Source of the DNA: Chiloscyllium plagiosum
Taxonomy: Eukaryota
Direction of reading: 5' to 3'
DNA: 64,000 nt
Assembly: GCF_004010195.1 (NCBI RefSeq)
Contig: NC_057757.1
Location: 4,851,346 to 4,915,345 of the forward strand
Both the position numbers and the translations under genes were made by a program. The notes beneath the pieces were generated by a model. It was given only the letters and a program-made list of their open reading frames with translations. It had not been told where the DNA came from and did not search any database. Positions 60,374-64,000 of this stretch are shown piece by piece. Positions within the stretch are counted from its first letter, which is position 1; every line of letters starts with the position of its first letter.

Positions 60374-61341
60374 GTAAGGTCAGGGGGTAATGTATTGTTT
60401 TGGGTCATGGACCAGAACAAAATCCCCTCAAATATATATTCAGAAGATAGCCCAGACCCTAACATTTGCATATTTTAGAGGCAAGTGCCAGGCGTTCCAT
60501 TTTGGGGTCGGTCAGATTACCAGATTTGAAGCAAAACACACATTATTCATGCTCCACAGTTAAAACACCAACAAAAGAAAGAGGATAACAACTCCATTGG
60601 GAAAACTTAATGGAACAATAGATTTATTGTGCTACCAAACAGTAACTGTTCCAATATAGTAACGTTCTGGAAACACACCTTTGACAAAAGGCAAAATCAG
60701 GACTGGATTTTCTCACGTGCAACTCCAACAGCAGGAAGAGAATCCCCAGTGTTTAGCTGTAACCATAGTCAGATTACCCATGATATTACTGAGAACTGAA
60801 TACTCTCTGCCCCTCAGAGAGGGACAAAAACAGCTTCCATTTCTTCGAGACCCCAGCAGCAACTGCTGGGAAGCTAAAACGAAAAGTTGTGGTTCTCTGG
60901 GAGCTTGGCCACAATCATCCAGGCTAACTCTATTGTTCTACATTCATTAAAAAAAAACCCGAAGTCTCTCAAGCTGTTTACAAGTTTTTATTAGACCGCT
61001 GAGAACCTCTGCCTTAAAACCTACCTTTACAAAAAAAAAGACTAAGATGCACCTGTTTAAAGCCATAATATCATCGTAGTTGTCCAGGGTGGAAGATTCA
61101 AATGTCAGTATAAGCAGACCTCAGAAATCCGAACCCATTTTGTTTTCCGAAGGGCATTGGTTTCCGCCAACCTCTATTTAAATTCTGCACTATTTTGCGT
61201 CCTCTTTTATTTCTTTTCAAAACAAAAGCTTTGAGTTTTTGAGAGTGGTTTAGCAATTCCTGTGTGGCGGTGGGTGTCACATTTTTCTATCCGTTTCTGC
61301 CCCCTACACCCCCCCTCCCCCACCCCCCGCTCCCCCAAAAG

Positions 61342-61446
61342 ACGTGACGCTCAGCGCCCTGAATGACTCGGATGTCAACAGTGACCTGGTGGACATCGAA
61401 GGACTTGGAGATGGATCGCCAGCCAAGAAGCTCAACTTCGAGCAGG
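61342..61446 (+). CDS. C17orf49: BAP18 coding exon 5
   Basis: aaag|[35 protein letters not shown]|gtacgt. Confidence 0.96.
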
Positions 61447-61514
61447 GTACGTGTTGCTCTTTGGTGGTGGGGGGAGGGGTTGCGAGATGTGGAGGGTGGG
61501 CTCTCTTTCGCAAG

Positions 61515-62190
61515 CATGCAATCTCTCACACATGCTCGCTCTCTCTCTCTCTCTCGTGTATGCACTGTCACACACGCACTCTCTCCCTCTCACGCAGGCA
61601 CTCTGTCGTACGAACGCACTCATCTTGTCGCACACATGCACCCTGCCTCACTCACTCACGCACGCTCACATGTGCGCACACACTCCATCTCACGCGTGCA
61701 CTCTGTCTCATGCACACATGCTGTCTCACTCACGCACACGCACACATGAATTCCGTCTCACAGATGAACTCCGTCTCACGCACGCTCTCTTACGTGCGCG
61801 CTCTCTCTTACGTGCGTGCTCTCTCTTACGTGCGTGCTCTCTCTTACGTGCGCTCTCTCTTACGTGCGCTCTCTCTTACGTGCGCGCTCTCTTACGTGCG
61901 CGCTCTCTCCCTCGAACGCGCTCTCTCCCTCGAACGCGCTCTCTCCCTCGAACGCGCTCGCTCCCTCGAACGCGCTCGCTCCCTCGAACGCGCTCTCTCC
62001 CTCGAACGCGCTCTCTCCCTCGAACGCGCTCGCTCGAACGCGCTCTCTCGAACGCGCTCTCTCGCTCGAACGCATGCTCGCACACTCTCTCTTTTCTCAC
62101 ACGCGCACTCTCTCTCACATATGTAGTCACTCACTCTCACATGCACGCACTCTCTGTCTCTCACGCACTCTCTGTCTCTTGCGCACGCAC
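61515..62190. repeat. CA/CT low-complexity tract with two CpG-rich 16-18 bp tandem arrays
   Basis: (tacgtgcgcgctctctct)n at ~61790-61905, then (ccctcgaacgcgctctct)n at ~61908-62070. Confidence 0.95.
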
Positions 62191-62797
62191 GTGTGATACC
62201 TTCCCAGGAGATTCTAGTTGGTTTTCTTTGCCTTTGCTGACCTGACCATCCTCTCCAGGCATCATCCTTGGACTGGTGAAAGGTATGGAGCACCATATCA
62301 CCGGAGATGGAGTTATTGGGTACAGCAAGCTACACACTAGCATAGGACTTTTAAACAGATGATGCTTTCACGGGATGTAGGCGTCACTGACAGCTCCAGT
62401 ATTTATTGCCCATCCTTCATTCCCTTCGAGAAGCTGCTGGTGAGCGGCACTTTGGACAGCTGTGATCCTCGGGCTGTCCTGGCGTTTGACCTAGTGACAG
62501 CAGAGCGGCAGTATGGTTCCAAGTCAGGATGGCATGCGGCTCAGAAGGTGGTGGCATTCCTGTGCATCTGCTCCCCAGTCCTTCCAGCTTGGGAAGATCA
62601 GCAGGTTTGAAAGGCTATGAAGAAGGAGATTTGCCAAGTTCGTTGCAAGCGTATTAATGGTGTCTGGGCATTTAATTAGTTGAGTCACGTTGTTGGGGGA
62701 GTGTTGAGGGAAATGAGCTGTGAACCCGCTTGCCCTGCTGTCGGGTAATCCCTGTTTGTTGATCTGCATTTATATATTTTATCTGTCTCTGTTTCAG

Positions 62798-62862
62798 ACA
62801 GTCTGACCCTCGATTCCAGTCTCATCATGAACAACTCGGACATCACGCTCTTGTCTCGTTGA
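62798..62862 (+). CDS. C17orf49: BAP18 last coding exon
   Basis: ttcag|DSLTLDSSLIMNNSDITLLSR-TGA; total CDS 603 nt (200 aa). Confidence 0.9.
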
Positions 62863-63116
62863 ACCTTCATCTCCTCCTCTTTCTCTGTCTCTCCTCCACC
62901 ATTCAGTGTCCCCCTGACGGTCTCTCCAGAGGTATACCGCTTCAGACCGATGCCCGCTCTCTGAGTCGTCAGGACGACAGACTCCCCGCTGTGATGCCCA
63001 TCGCCACCTGGTCATGCTGCCTGGAGAACACCGTTGGGACTTTTTAACCAGCTTTCACACCTGGCTGCTTTGAGGGATTTTGTTTTAGAAGTGTTGCAGG
63101 TATAGATGGATTTCTT

Positions 63117-63122
63117 AATAAA
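63117..63122 (+). terminator. Candidate polyA signal of BAP18
   Basis: AATAAA about 255 nt after the stop codon. Confidence 0.6.
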
Positions 63123-63429
63123 AGACAAAATACTTCACATCCCTCTGTTTCAATCTGCATAACATCATTTGCATCTGCTAATTCTATTGTTTTTCCATCT
63201 ATTTAAAGGACTGCTCCTCTGATTCCCCCTCAGTGCAGTGCAGGACTATCAACCTAGATTATGCACTTCAGTTCCTTTCAGAATTGAGTGTTTTGAAGTG
63301 AGGGTGCTGCTACCAGCCAAGCCAGACTTGAATGAGTTTCGAAGATCAATTAAGAATTTCTCATCCTATCCTACATTTCAGTCTGTCCAGCTCAGAGATT
63401 GTTACACACTGACAGGTGTCCAACTCCGT

Positions 63430-63860
63430 CTTGGGGAGATATTTGTACGGATGCTACATCTCAGTCCCCTCTCTGTCTCTCAGGGAGATATCTGTACACT
63501 GCCTCATGTCTCTCAGTCCCCTCTGTCTCTCTCAGGGAGATACCTGTATACTGCCTCATATCTCTGAGTCTGCTCTCTCTGTCAGGGAGATATCTCTACA
63601 CTGCCTCATGTCTCTCAGTTCTGTCTCTCAGTTCTGTCTCTCAGTTCTCTCTCTCAGTTCTCTCTCTCAGTTCTCTCTCTCAGTTCTCTCTCTCAGTTCT
63701 CTCTCACTCTCTCTCTCTCTCTCGGAGATATCTGTACACTGGTGTCTCTCAGTTTCCCCTCTCTCAGGGAGGTAGCTTGTGAATCAGTCCCCTCTCTTTT
63801 GGAGAGATATCTGTACACTGACTGATAACTCTCAGTCCCTTACCTGGGGATACATCTGTC
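63430..63860. repeat. Degenerate tandem repeat (ggagatatctgtacactg...tctctcagt) with an internal CT-rich array
   Basis: Recurrent unit visible directly. Confidence 0.85.
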
Positions 63861-64000
63861 CTATGACTCTGTTTTGTAGTGAGAAAGTGTGTCATTGGAT
63901 CTAAAGGAGGACCACTCTTAGAATCAGACAGACATGCAGCAGAGAAACAGACCCTTTGATCCAACTCATTGTGCTGACCAGCCATCTCAAATTAATCTGC

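Noticed and set aside
61447..62296. Longest ORFs in the track (260-264 aa)
   Set aside because: They are read-through from BAP18 exon 5 into simple repeats, and a canonical donor is present at 61447.
63285..63320. Reverse-strand TAGCAGCAC, a miR-15/16/195 seed, where human miR-497/195 sits relative to C17orf49
   Set aside because: Identity stops after the seed (continues CCTCACTTC), no hairpin is evident, and the context looks like a decayed SINE head. Any miRNA cluster is probably beyond the window.

Overview
Vertebrate genomic DNA, almost certainly elasmobranch (shark), judged from its HE1-type V-SINEs, HER1/CR1 LINEs and shark-type satellites. Three intact spliced genes lie on the + strand in the same order as human 17p13.1. 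The first is an arachidonate lipoxygenase (ALOX12-like): 12 exons at 1840-20689 encode the catalytic domain, and the PLAT exons lie upstream of the window. It is followed by RNASEK (3 coding exons, 100 aa) and C17orf49/BAP18 (6 coding exons, 200 aa). Almost all entries in the ORF track are spurious or derived from repeats. Introns and intergenic DNA are packed with SINEs, CR1 LINE 3' fragments, Penelope-like (GIY-YIG) fragments and minisatellites. The most interesting non-genic signal is a population of short Penelope pLTR-derived insertions. They are often palindromic and flanked by target-site duplications, and they carry minimal type-I hammerhead ribozyme motifs in at least four helix-II variants. 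Other notable features are a BAP18 promoter built from reiterated GC-box/TGATTGAC/CCAAT modules and an unusual set of specificity residues in the lipoxygenase. All alignments and folds were done by eye; repeat boundaries are approximate.
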